A stretch of DNA of 32,000 nt from an uncultured Bacteroidota bacterium. GTDB taxonomy: Bacteria; Bacteroidota; Bacteroidia; Bacteroidales; F082. How positions within the stretch are numbered: the first letter of the stretch is position 1; each line of letters begins with the position of its first letter. Made by a program: the position numbers and the translations under genes. Location of the stretch: contig CAJXKB010000017.1 of assembly GCA_913055825.1 (NCBI GenBank), positions 1-32,000 on the forward strand, given 5' to 3'. Of this stretch, positions 16,988 to 26,317 are shown in pieces. The notes below the pieces were generated by a model. It made no database searches. It saw only the letters and a list, made by a program, of their open reading frames with translations, and was not told where the DNA came from.

Positions 16988-18145
16988 TTGATAAAAAAAG
17001 AATTTTTCTCCGCCTGCCAGTCTTTCATAACAAAGCATGAAGGCTTTTTATACTTTGCTCCGGGGCGTGTAAATCTGCTAGGTGATCATACAGATTATAC
17101 CGGCGGGCATGTACTTCCGATCGGCATCCAATACGGGACCTGGCTTTTTATCCGGTTAACGGGCAACGACAAAATAACCTTAAGTACTAAAAACCTGAAT
17201 CAAACAGTTACAATCGACAAAGACAACTACAATAAGCCAACAAAATCATGGGCTGATTATCCCTTGGGGATACTTAATGAACTAATAGCAAAAGGATTAC
17301 AATTTACCGGTATAGAAATGGTGTTTTATGGGGATTTACCTATAGGTGCCGGACTGGCCAGTTCCGCTTCGATGGAAATGGTCACAGCTTTTGCCTTAAA
17401 CGACCTCTTTTCCATGCGAATTGATAAACCAAATCTATCAAAAATTGCCCAGCATGCCGAACAGGAATTTGTGGGCGTATCCTGTGGCATCATGGATCAA
17501 TACTGCATCGCCTTTTCACAAGAAAACCATGCCCTGCTTATCGATTGTCATTCTCTTGAACATCAGGCTATTCCTATTGAAAGCAAGGAGTATTCGTTGC
17601 TGATTATCGATTCAAAAGTAAAGCACAAACTATCCGGATCGATTTACAATAAAAGGGTCAACGAACTTAAAAAAGTAAAACAACTCATTAACGGGTATTT
17701 TGAAATTCCGTATCTCGGAAGCTTAAAGGGAGAAGATTATGACTGGTTAGATAAATTAATCGAAAGTGACCTTTTAAAACAACGCCTGCGACATGTGGTA
17801 AATGAAAACACAAGAGTAGAACTGGCCGCCGAATGTTTAAAAAACCATGATTTTAAATCATTTGGAAAGCTAATGTTTGATTCACACGAGTCACTGGCAC
17901 TCGACTTTGGGGTAAGCTGTAAAGAGTTGGACGTTTTAGTTGACACAGCTGCGAGAACAGATGGCGTAGCCGGCGCACGCATGACCGGTGCCGGCTTTGG
18001 TGGCTGTACAATCAATCTTGTTGAAAAAGGTGCCGAAGAAGACATTAAAAAGAGAATACTGGCTGATTATAAACAGAAAACAGGTAATGAAGGGGTGGCT
18101 TATAATATCAGGCTGGAAGGAACGCTTCATAAAGTTGAGGCATAG
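16988..18145 (+). CDS. galK: Galactokinase
   Basis: GHMP-kinase/galactokinase signatures APGRVNLLGDHTDYTGG, GAGLASSAS and GAGFGGCT. The start is TTG and no in-frame ATG is available upstream of the signature. Confidence 0.95.
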   Translation: MIKKEFFSACQSFITKHEGFLYFAPGRVNLLGDHTDYTGGHVLPIGIQYGTWLFIRLTGNDKITLSTKNLNQTVTIDKDNYNKPTKSWADYPLGILNELIAKGLQFTGIEMVFYGDLPIGAGLASSASMEMVTAFALNDLFSMRIDKPNLSKIAQHAEQEFVGVSCGIMDQYCIAFSQENHALLIDCHSLEHQAIPIESKEYSLLIIDSKVKHKLSGSIYNKRVNELKKVKQLINGYFEIPYLGSLKGEDYDWLDKLIESDLLKQRLRHVVNENTRVELAAECLKNHDFKSFGKLMFDSHESLALDFGVSCKELDVLVDTAARTDGVAGARMTGAGFGGCTINLVEKGAEEDIKKRILADYKQKTGNEGVAYNIRLEGTLHKVEA

Positions 18146-18159
18146 ATGAGTCCGGTATT

Positions 18160-19116
18160 TTATTGGTATTGTGTGGAAAAATATATAAAAGCCACGTAGA
18201 AAATTACAAGTAGAATTCCTTCCCAGCGGCTCAGTGTATTTTTTGCCTTCCCGAATTTAGCAAAAACAACCAACAAAAGGCTGGCAAAAAACACGAGTCC
18301 CAACTCAACATTCAAATGTGCCGGGAAAGGCAACGGGCGGATAAGTGCAGAAACGCCCAACACCAAAAGGATATTCATAATGTTTGAGCCGACGGCATTT
18401 CCCAACGCCATATCAGCATTGTTTTTTCGTGCAGCAATAATAGAAGTAACCAGCTCGGGCAGCGAAGTAGCACCACTAACCAGGGTAAGCCCCATGGCAG
18501 TTTCACTGATGCCCATAGCGGAAGCAATAACCAAAGCGCCGTCAACAATCCATTTTCCCCCAAAATAAAGGCCAAGCGAACCCAAAACGACGTAAATAAT
18601 GGCGCGTCCCAGCCCCATAGGTTTAAGATGTTCTTTTAACAACGGATCTTCTGCTTCCTGTTTAAAGAAAACCGAATAAAGAAATACAAGCAGGAAAAGA
18701 ATTAATATCACACCATCCAAACGATTGATACGATCAGGACGGCCAAAAATCCAGTCGTTTCCAAGTAAAAAAAGTATCACTACAATCGCCATGCTGTACG
18801 GAATATCCTGCGTAAGCGATTTTTTTCCAATTCGAATGGGAATAATAATTGCTGCAACACCAACAACCAGCAAAGTATTGGTAATATTGCTACCCAACAC
18901 ATTTCCAATAGCAAGGTTCGTACTTCCCTGGATGCTTGCAAAAACATTCACAATCAGTTCGGGCAATGAAGTGCCAAGAGCCACCACCGTAAGCCCCATA
19001 ACCATCTGGGGCACTTTAAGTTTAAGGCCAATACCGGAGGCACCATTCACCATGGCCTGGGCACCGAGAATTAAAATTATAAATCCTATTACAAATAAAA
19101 AATAAGTCAGTATCAT
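18160..19116 (-). CDS. CaCA-family Ca2+/Na+ antiporter (YrbG-like)
   Basis: Two alpha-repeat motifs, GTSLPELIVNVFAS and GATSLPELVTSIIAA, in about 10 TM segments. Confidence 0.9.
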   Translation of the reverse strand: MILTYFLFVIGFIILILGAQAMVNGASGIGLKLKVPQMVMGLTVVALGTSLPELIVNVFASIQGSTNLAIGNVLGSNITNTLLVVGVAAIIIPIRIGKKSLTQDIPYSMAIVVILFLLGNDWIFGRPDRINRLDGVILILFLLVFLYSVFFKQEAEDPLLKEHLKPMGLGRAIIYVVLGSLGLYFGGKWIVDGALVIASAMGISETAMGLTLVSGATSLPELVTSIIAARKNNADMALGNAVGSNIMNILLVLGVSALIRPLPFPAHLNVELGLVFFASLLLVVFAKFGKAKNTLSRWEGILLVIFYVAFIYFSTQYQ

Positions 19117-19183
19117 TATTTTTTCCGGCTTAAGATCTACAAAAGTAGATTAAAACGTGGGTTTCATGGTAAAAGACATCCTG

Positions 19184-20224
19184 CTAAGCTATCGTTGGAT
19201 TTGTTTCGGCTATGGTGCCTCGCAAAATTTTACGCATATCTTCAATTTGTTGAAGTGTTCCCAACACAAAAAGTTTTGAATCGGGAATGAGTTTGGTATC
19301 CGGCGAAGGGTTCAGGATAAATTCACCGGTAGCCGTCTTATAACCTATAATGTTCGCTCCGGTTTTTTTTCTGAATTCAATTTCCTTAATAGGTTTATGA
19401 CTCAGTTTATCCGGAAGATTTGTGCACATAATTTCCATTAACTGAACCGGTGAATCGCCATGAATATTCAAATGTTCAAGAAATTCGAGCACATCGGGTT
19501 GTGCAATCAGGGTGGCCATATGTGCGCCCCCCACCCTTTCGGGCGTAACTACCGAATCTACCCCGGCCATTCGTAGTTTTCGCTCGGAACTTTCGTTTGA
19601 AGCACGGCTGATAATGTTTAAGTTTGGATTTAATGCACGTGCAGTAAGCACCACAAACAGGTTATCAGCATCCACAGGCAGAGTTGCAATTAACGAAGTA
19701 GCCTCTTTTATTCCGGCTTGAATCAACACTTCATCTTCGGTGGAATCGCCTTCTATAAAAGGGATGGTGTTCTCTACATTGTTAACAATTACCTCATGGT
19801 TTTTATCCACAACCACTGTATTTTTTTTATAGGCCGTCAACTCCTTAACCACCTGGGTCCCAATCCGGCCGTACCCGCATACGATCACATGGTTTTTCAT
19901 TTGTTTGCGTTTTAGTTTTCGTTTATAATTTCCAAAAAAGAAACCAATCTGGTTAATAAAAAAGTTTTCCGTAATATTGGAAAGAAAATAGGCAACTACC
20001 CCTAAACTGGACAATATCAATAGGATAGTAAATATTTTTCCGGGGTCAGACAGCGCATGTACTTCCCTAAACCCAACAGTTGACATGGTAATAACCGTCA
20101 TATATAAAGCATCCACCCATGAATATCCCTCATAGTAAACATACCAAAAGGTGCCCAAAAGTATCAGGCTTATGAGGTAAACCCCCACTTTAAACAATTC
20201 AGATTTATTGCTCGATCTTTTCAA
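19184..20224 (-). CDS. Two-TM potassium-channel-family protein with cytoplasmic RCK (TrkA-N/TrkA-C) domains
   Basis: TM1, then pore helix and filter (WVDALYMTVITMSTVGFRE), then TM2. Rossmann site VIVCGYGRIG, followed by a TrkA-C-like tail. TTG start. Confidence 0.85.
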   Translation of the reverse strand: MKRSSNKSELFKVGVYLISLILLGTFWYVYYEGYSWVDALYMTVITMSTVGFREVHALSDPGKIFTILLILSSLGVVAYFLSNITENFFINQIGFFFGNYKRKLKRKQMKNHVIVCGYGRIGTQVVKELTAYKKNTVVVDKNHEVIVNNVENTIPFIEGDSTEDEVLIQAGIKEATSLIATLPVDADNLFVVLTARALNPNLNIISRASNESSERKLRMAGVDSVVTPERVGGAHMATLIAQPDVLEFLEHLNIHGDSPVQLMEIMCTNLPDKLSHKPIKEIEFRKKTGANIIGYKTATGEFILNPSPDTKLIPDSKLFVLGTLQQIEDMRKILRGTIAETNPTIA

Positions 20225-20497
20225 AAACTGCCTTTAATGAATTTTAATATTTTACAAACCTACACAAAGTTTTTATTTACCCATCAATGCGGGTAAATTT
20301 GAGCTAAATATTATCAGTACATCGAGAGCAAAGAAAAGCCATTTAAATTGATAGAAACGAAAGTCCTGCATTTGAAATGAATAGGTTTCAACTAACGAAT
20401 GAACCAGCAGGAATCCTGTTCATTACCGGTTTAAAACATGCAAGCTTAAGCATGGCATATTTTTACATTTTTCGTATCATTGTGTAAATGAATAATT

Positions 20498-21529
20498 ATG
20501 CCATTTCGTATTTTATTTTTCATGATATTTTATATGCTGATTTTTCCTGTCCCCATGCAGGGACAGGAAAAGACAACCTATGCACGGGTTGCTTTTTACA
20601 ATACCGAGAATTTTTTTGATGCTACACCTGACACCACAATTAACTATTCCGAATTTAATCCTGACGGAAACCGGCACTGGACAAAACAACGCTACCAGCA
20701 AAAACTTCAGCATATTTATAAAGTTATTGCTGCCTTAGGACAGTGGAAAGGCCTTGCCATCATGGGGTTTTCGGAAATAGAAAATCGACATGTACTGTAT
20801 GATTTAACACGAAATACGCCGCTTCATTTATTTCATTATAAGATTATTCATTTCGATTCGCCCGACAAAAGAGGCATTGATGTGGGTATGATTTATCAGC
20901 CGGCACTTTTCAAACCCTTGTTTTCGAAAGCCATTCCGGTTACCAATCCAAACGACTCTCTCTTCACAACACGTGATATTTTGTACGTAAAAGGGCTTTT
21001 GATGAACGATACACTACATCTGTTTATCAACCACTGGCCGTCCCGATATAGCGGCCTGCTCAACACACAATCTAAGCGATTGCTGGCCGCCCGTAGATTA
21101 AAAGTGTATATCGATTCAATTTGTAAACGTCAACCAAATGCCGACATTTTAGTTATAGGCGACATGAATGAAAATCCTGATGATCAAGCCGTTCAATCGC
21201 TTACGCATGGTGATAAACCCTGCATATTGACTGCACTAATGGCCCATCCGGTTTTTGGATTGGCAAAAGGAAGTATAAAAAGCCGGGGACAATGGGCACT
21301 ATTCGATCAAATGTTGGTTAATAAGTCTTTTACTAAAAATCAAGGGCCACTGTATGTTCAAGGGAAAAGCTTTTATATATTTGATGCTCGTTTCCTTTTG
21401 GAAGAAGATGTTAAAAATATGGGGCTCAAACCAAACCGTAGTTTTGTGGGATTTAAATATCATGGCGGCTTTAGCGATCATTTGCCCGTTTATGTTGACA
21501 TAAGTGCACACAACAATCAGCGGCCATGA
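20498..21529 (+). CDS. Secreted endonuclease/exonuclease/phosphatase (EEP) family protein
   Basis: Signal peptide (ILFFMIFYMLIFPVPMQG). EEP strings RVAFYNTENFFD, GFSEIEN, LFINHWPS, VIGDMNE and the C-terminal FSDHLPVYVDI. Confidence 0.8.
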   Translation: MPFRILFFMIFYMLIFPVPMQGQEKTTYARVAFYNTENFFDATPDTTINYSEFNPDGNRHWTKQRYQQKLQHIYKVIAALGQWKGLAIMGFSEIENRHVLYDLTRNTPLHLFHYKIIHFDSPDKRGIDVGMIYQPALFKPLFSKAIPVTNPNDSLFTTRDILYVKGLLMNDTLHLFINHWPSRYSGLLNTQSKRLLAARRLKVYIDSICKRQPNADILVIGDMNENPDDQAVQSLTHGDKPCILTALMAHPVFGLAKGSIKSRGQWALFDQMLVNKSFTKNQGPLYVQGKSFYIFDARFLLEEDVKNMGLKPNRSFVGFKYHGGFSDHLPVYVDISAHNNQRP

Positions 21530-24500
21530 AAAGATGGGTTAAAATACTGATTTACACCGGCTTGTTTTTACTTACAGTGTTGTTGGCAGGCTATTTTACG
21601 CGTAACCAATGGTCTGGTTACTTATTGCGTAATGAGATAGCCGGCAGGTCAAAAGGAAAGATCAAACTGTCGTATGAATGGATACGTCTTGATATCTTTA
21701 AAAAGCAATTGGTTATTTACCAGCCTTCTCTTGCGTATAAGAATGTATATATTAACAAAAAAGATGCTGTCCGCTTAATACAATCCTCTTTTCAAAAAAT
21801 AGCAATTAAAAATGTTTACTTCTGGGATCTTGTTAAGCATCATCAAATTGTTTGTGATCAGTTGCATATTGAAAAACCTGACTTCACATTAAAAAACACC
21901 GATTCTGCCAAGCTGCAAAAATCTTCGTCCTTTGACCCAGGATCGCTGATTAACATTCTTGAAAATCAAAGTATATCAAAAATAGGCTTTCAATTCCTGG
22001 TAAAACATACCCAAATTGATTTTGGCAAAATTCATCTGGTTCAAAGCCCCAACGTTCATGAATACGGTTCGACCACTTACGAAGTTATGATTGACAGCAT
22101 TGGAACGCCGCTGGAAACTGTATCAGACAGCTTGAATATTGTAACATACAAAAACCTTGAAGTTAAAGTTAAGCACCTGATACGCTATTCCGAAAGGGAT
22201 AATTTTGAAGTGAAAATCGACTCTGCTTCTTATCATTCAATGAACAAACGCTTTCTTATACATGGGGTTTGGTTTAAAACGCTAAAATACAAATCATCCC
22301 CGGGCCGGAGTTATAATCTTCACATTAATTGGCTTTCCCTTAATGGATTACAGTTAAAAAAGACAACTGGCCGGTCCAAAGAAATTCATTTTGAGACTTT
22401 AAAACTTATTGGAGGGGCACTGAGTATCCGGGGAAAAACCGCTTTTGCCAGCCGACAAAAAACCAGTCAGGCGTTACCCATTCAAAAATTCCTTAAAGAT
22501 TATGGAAAATTGTCCATTGACACCTTAATAGGCAAACACATCAATGTGTACCGGTTAAACACTTTACGCGATACGCTTTTCTTATTAAAACGGATCAACT
22601 TTAACATAAACCACGCTACAGCTTCAAAGAAGACACTTTCCGATCCACTACATTATGTGAGGTTTCATAGTTTTAATGGAAGTTTAGTTCAACTAAAAAT
22701 CCAACTTCGCAAAAGCGGAATAGCTTTCCATTCGGGACATATAAATTACAATAATTCAACAAAGACCATATCGATCGAGCATATCCTTGCCCGCTCCTCA
22801 TGTGCAAGGGCAAAAAACCAGGCGCCCTTATTCTCGGCAGATAAAACAATAATCACAAATTTTTCTATAAAGCAATTCCAAAAAGAAAAAAAACAATCAC
22901 TGAGCCTTGAGCTTATATCACCCGACTTTCGAATTAATCTGGACAGCAGCTGTGCCAGACACGGGAAACGTGATATCCCGCCGGTTCTATTGCCACTCAG
23001 GCTAAAACGCATTCAGGTAAAACATGGAAATTTTGGGCTAACAAAAAAGGACAAGCAATTAACCATCAAATCAATTAATTTATTTGTTGACGGACTTCGG
23101 TCTGGCAAACTTCTGGGGAAGAATCCGCAATTTAATTTTGACACCCTGTATGCCGAGGCCGGCGAATCTTACTTCGTGGCCGATTCGACACATCAAATAA
23201 TTAAAAGCGGGTTAGTCAAATGGGAAAATGAAAAATTATCCATCCATACATTTCAATACACACAGGATAGTGGAAAACAGCTAAAATCGTTTACCGCGCC
23301 TGCAATTGCCTTTACCCATCTGCGCCTAAATGGATTATTATTTCATAATAAAATGATGGCCGGCGGGGCTTATTTCTATAAACCCGATTTACAAATTAAA
23401 GGGGAACATGCGCTTTCTCAAAATGACACAGCAGTTCGCCATTGGAACCGGTTTAGGAATTTCCCAATTAAAATTTATTGGTCGTACCTACGCATAAATC
23501 AAGGTTGGTTATCGTTGCAACACATACGCAACAAGGATAGCCTGGCACTCAGCACCAAACTTGATGTACAGCTATACGGCTTTAAAATGGGTTATGACAA
23601 ACAGCAACTTCTTTCCGAACCAAAAAAATGGGACGCACAATTTGAACAGATAAGGTTTAAAAAAAATCAATATACGGGCTCCCTTGACCGGTTAACCACA
23701 AACAGTCAAAGCGGCAATTTGGCTGCAAATAACTTACTGGTAAGTAAAAATGATAGCACTAAACAAAATTTTCATCTTTCCATCCCGTCAGTTCGCTTGC
23801 AGCAACTCAATTTTGGTAGTTTGATACATTCGGACAGTCTTATTTTTAACCGGATGGATATCAAACATATGAGATTTAATTTCCGGCTGCCCCAAACTGT
23901 AAAATCTACCGGATTTAATTATTTTGGAAGCTTAAAATTGCTGTACGACACGTTACAACTTTCAGATGCTAATTTTAAAATAGGTAAGTTTAATGATTCA
24001 ACAGCGTTGAATATTACAGGAACAAATTTAAACCTAATGTACCACCCGCGTTTTCGGCATCCTGCTCAGCAAACTAAAATTGAAGAGAACTTAATCAAAC
24101 GATGGGATTTATCCCTGCTTAAACTGGTGGTGACCGATACGCTAAAAAACACGCAGATGGTAGCCGACCGGATCGCTTTACAATCGCAAAAAGACCGTTT
24201 AACAATCTATAATTTCATAAACACCAATTTTTCTGCAAACATCACAAAAAGGAAAACCAATAAAATTTATGACTACCTGCAAATTTATAAAATGAGATTT
24301 TCTAATCTTAGTGTGCCGGATAAAGCGGGTACAGGGTTAAGCATTGGCCGGTGGGACATTCCCAAACTTTGGCTTAACATCATTCACGACAAACAACAAG
24401 CCACTCATAACGGTGCAATCCTCAATTTATCAACCTTAAAACCCTATGTATCAATATTCAGGAAAATTAACATTAAAAAAAGTATTTTTAAAGATGTAAA

Positions 24501-25695
24501 TGTCAGTTTCCAATATCAAAACAGGCAGAAACTAATTAATATTCAACATTTTAGTATTCATACAAATAATATTTATCTCGATACAGTGCTGCGCCCTGAT
24601 AATTCACATCCTTTATTTGATAATATGCTTATCGACATTAACAGAAAAAAAATTATCAGTGGCGACAGTTTGTATGTTTTTAGGTTTAAAGATATACGTA
24701 TCAATATGCCGCTCAAACAGATAAGCCTTGACTCGGTAAATATCAAACCACGTTTTCCACGAGATGAATTCTTCAAGCGCTCCGTGTATCAAACTGACAG
24801 GGTTAGCGTTTACGGCAGGCGTATTGATTTCAATAATTTCGAGATTAATGACTTGCTGAAAAACAATATTTTTCATTTCGGCAGCATGCAGCTAAAAAGT
24901 TTTAATACCCTTTTTGAACGGGATAAACGATATCCGCCTTCAGGTAAAAAGAAGCCCTTGCTGACCGGGTTATTCAAAGAAGTGCCTTATCCCTTTTATG
25001 TAGATTCACTACAGCTGTTGAACAGCCAGGTTTCTTATTATGAATTTAATGCCAAATCTCAGCAACCCGGAATTTTCTTTATCGACAACTTTGATGTTGA
25101 CATGCTTAATGTAACCAATAATTCTCCCAATATTGATTCGTCACTGGTGTTGAAAGTAAAAGCAACGGGTAAAATTATGAAGCAGGCCGACTTAAATTTC
25201 ACTCTGGTCATGCCCTATTTTGCCCCCAATCATCAATTTTGGTTCTCGGCACAAACAGGGACGATTGATTTTCCCCAATTCAACATAATAACAGAAAGCA
25301 CGTTAGGTATTAGTATAGCTTCCGGGAAAGGCAAGGTTGACATTCCGTTTGTAACAGGCAACGATTTATATGCCAAAGGAAATATGTATTTCCTTTACCA
25401 CAAACTCAAACTCAGATTGTACAGTCGCAAAAAAGCAAAGACCAAGCGGGGATTTTTCAGTCCGTTTGTGAATTTTATGCTGAACGATTTAATGATCCGT
25501 TCAAACAATCCCAAGTTTTTAACGCAGCCACGCAAAGGCATTGTTTATTTTGAACGCGACCCCCAAAAATCATTTATTAATTACATCTGGAAAAGCACCA
25601 TGAGCGGCATGCTTTCAACACTGGGCTTTAATAATAAACAGCAACGAATTACTAAGCGGGAAGACAAGGTACAGCAGAAACAACAAAAGAAATAA
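21526..25695 (+). CDS. Large N-terminally anchored AsmA/TamB-like protein (hypothetical)
   Basis: Single N-terminal TM segment (ILIYTGLFLLTVLLAGYF), followed by about 1350 aa of beta-rich, amphipathic repetitive sequence. The C-terminal region resembles AsmA-like C-terminal domains. The start overlaps the EEP stop (ATGA at 21526-21529). The family assignment is tentative. Confidence 0.5.
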   Translation: MKRWVKILIYTGLFLLTVLLAGYFTRNQWSGYLLRNEIAGRSKGKIKLSYEWIRLDIFKKQLVIYQPSLAYKNVYINKKDAVRLIQSSFQKIAIKNVYFWDLVKHHQIVCDQLHIEKPDFTLKNTDSAKLQKSSSFDPGSLINILENQSISKIGFQFLVKHTQIDFGKIHLVQSPNVHEYGSTTYEVMIDSIGTPLETVSDSLNIVTYKNLEVKVKHLIRYSERDNFEVKIDSASYHSMNKRFLIHGVWFKTLKYKSSPGRSYNLHINWLSLNGLQLKKTTGRSKEIHFETLKLIGGALSIRGKTAFASRQKTSQALPIQKFLKDYGKLSIDTLIGKHINVYRLNTLRDTLFLLKRINFNINHATASKKTLSDPLHYVRFHSFNGSLVQLKIQLRKSGIAFHSGHINYNNSTKTISIEHILARSSCARAKNQAPLFSADKTIITNFSIKQFQKEKKQSLSLELISPDFRINLDSSCARHGKRDIPPVLLPLRLKRIQVKHGNFGLTKKDKQLTIKSINLFVDGLRSGKLLGKNPQFNFDTLYAEAGESYFVADSTHQIIKSGLVKWENEKLSIHTFQYTQDSGKQLKSFTAPAIAFTHLRLNGLLFHNKMMAGGAYFYKPDLQIKGEHALSQNDTAVRHWNRFRNFPIKIYWSYLRINQGWLSLQHIRNKDSLALSTKLDVQLYGFKMGYDKQQLLSEPKKWDAQFEQIRFKKNQYTGSLDRLTTNSQSGNLAANNLLVSKNDSTKQNFHLSIPSVRLQQLNFGSLIHSDSLIFNRMDIKHMRFNFRLPQTVKSTGFNYFGSLKLLYDTLQLSDANFKIGKFNDSTALNITGTNLNLMYHPRFRHPAQQTKIEENLIKRWDLSLLKLVVTDTLKNTQMVADRIALQSQKDRLTIYNFINTNFSANITKRKTNKIYDYLQIYKMRFSNLSVPDKAGTGLSIGRWDIPKLWLNIIHDKQQATHNGAILNLSTLKPYVSIFRKINIKKSIFKDVNVSFQYQNRQKLINIQHFSIHTNNIYLDTVLRPDNSHPLFDNMLIDINRKKIISGDSLYVFRFKDIRINMPLKQISLDSVNIKPRFPRDEFFKRSVYQTDRVSVYGRRIDFNNFEINDLLKNNIFHFGSMQLKSFNTLFERDKRYPPSGKKKPLLTGLFKEVPYPFYVDSLQLLNSQVSYYEFNAKSQQPGIFFIDNFDVDMLNVTNNSPNIDSSLVLKVKATGKIMKQADLNFTLVMPYFAPNHQFWFSAQTGTIDFPQFNIITESTLGISIASGKGKVDIPFVTGNDLYAKGNMYFLYHKLKLRLYSRKKAKTKRGFFSPFVNFMLNDLMIRSNNPKFLTQPRKGIVYFERDPQKSFINYIWKSTMSGMLSTLGFNNKQQRITKREDKVQQKQQKK

Positions 25696-25699
25696 CCTC

Positions 25700-26317
25700 C
25701 TAAAGTGGCAGTACAAAACCGGGTTTCAGCAATACTTTAATTATCTCATCCAACGACAAAATACTATGAGGTTTTGCCAACCTAATGGCGGCAGCAGGCA
25801 TGACCGGACTTTCAGCATCTTCGGGATCCTGCACAATTGTATAACCACCTGCATTTTTAACAGCACGTAAACCCGCTGCCCCATCAGCATTGGCACCGGT
25901 AAGTACAATGCCAATCAGCTGTTCGCCAAAAGTATCAGCTGCCGTCTCAAAAAGCACATCAATCGAAGGCCTCGAGTAGTTCACTTTATTATCTACCGAT
26001 AACGATATAGTTTCATCTGCTTCAACCATCATGTGATAATCAGGTGGTGCTACGTAAACCGTGCCGGGAACAACGACTTCCTTTTCATCCGCCTCTTTCA
26101 CCTTAATGGATGAGGCCATATTTAGCATGGTGGTCATATAATTATCAGAATGCGGACTCATATGTTGCACAACGAGCACTGCACAGGGATAGTCGGCCGG
26201 CAAAGCAGGCAACAGCCTCTTCAAAGCGTGCAAACCGCCGGAAGAAGCCCCTATAACAATAGCCCGATATGTTGTTTGTTTATTCAATTTTCTTTTTAAA
26301 TATTTTTTCTTTGGCAT
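25700..26317 (-). CDS. cheB: CheB-type protein-glutamate methylesterase/glutaminase, catalytic domain only
   Basis: IVIGASSGG, VVQHM, GTVYVAPPDYH, RPSIDVLF and VLTGANADG strings, with no receiver domain. I prefer the ATG at 26317 (MPKKKYLKRK) over the ORF-track start at 26461, which lies deep inside cheR. Confidence 0.88.
   Translation of the reverse strand: MPKKKYLKRKLNKQTTYRAIVIGASSGGLHALKRLLPALPADYPCAVLVVQHMSPHSDNYMTTMLNMASSIKVKEADEKEVVVPGTVYVAPPDYHMMVEADETISLSVDNKVNYSRPSIDVLFETAADTFGEQLIGIVLTGANADGAAGLRAVKNAGGYTIVQDPEDAESPVMPAAAIRLAKPHSILSLDEIIKVLLKPGFVLPL

Noticed and set aside
20276-20297. The 7-bp hairpin TTTACCC-N8-GGGTAAA, together with a second one (AATGAAC-N13-GTTCATT, near 20398-20424), in the divergent K+ channel / EEP intergenic region.
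   Set aside because: These are short stems in AT-rich promoter DNA, with no repeated copies or recognisable operator consensus. The evidence is too thin to call a regulatory site.
25693-25702. Convergent stops of the AsmA-like gene and cheB only 4 nt apart, with no terminator hairpin between them.
   Set aside because: This is real, but it is a common compact-genome arrangement. It implies overlapping 3' UTRs at most, and no further structure was seen.
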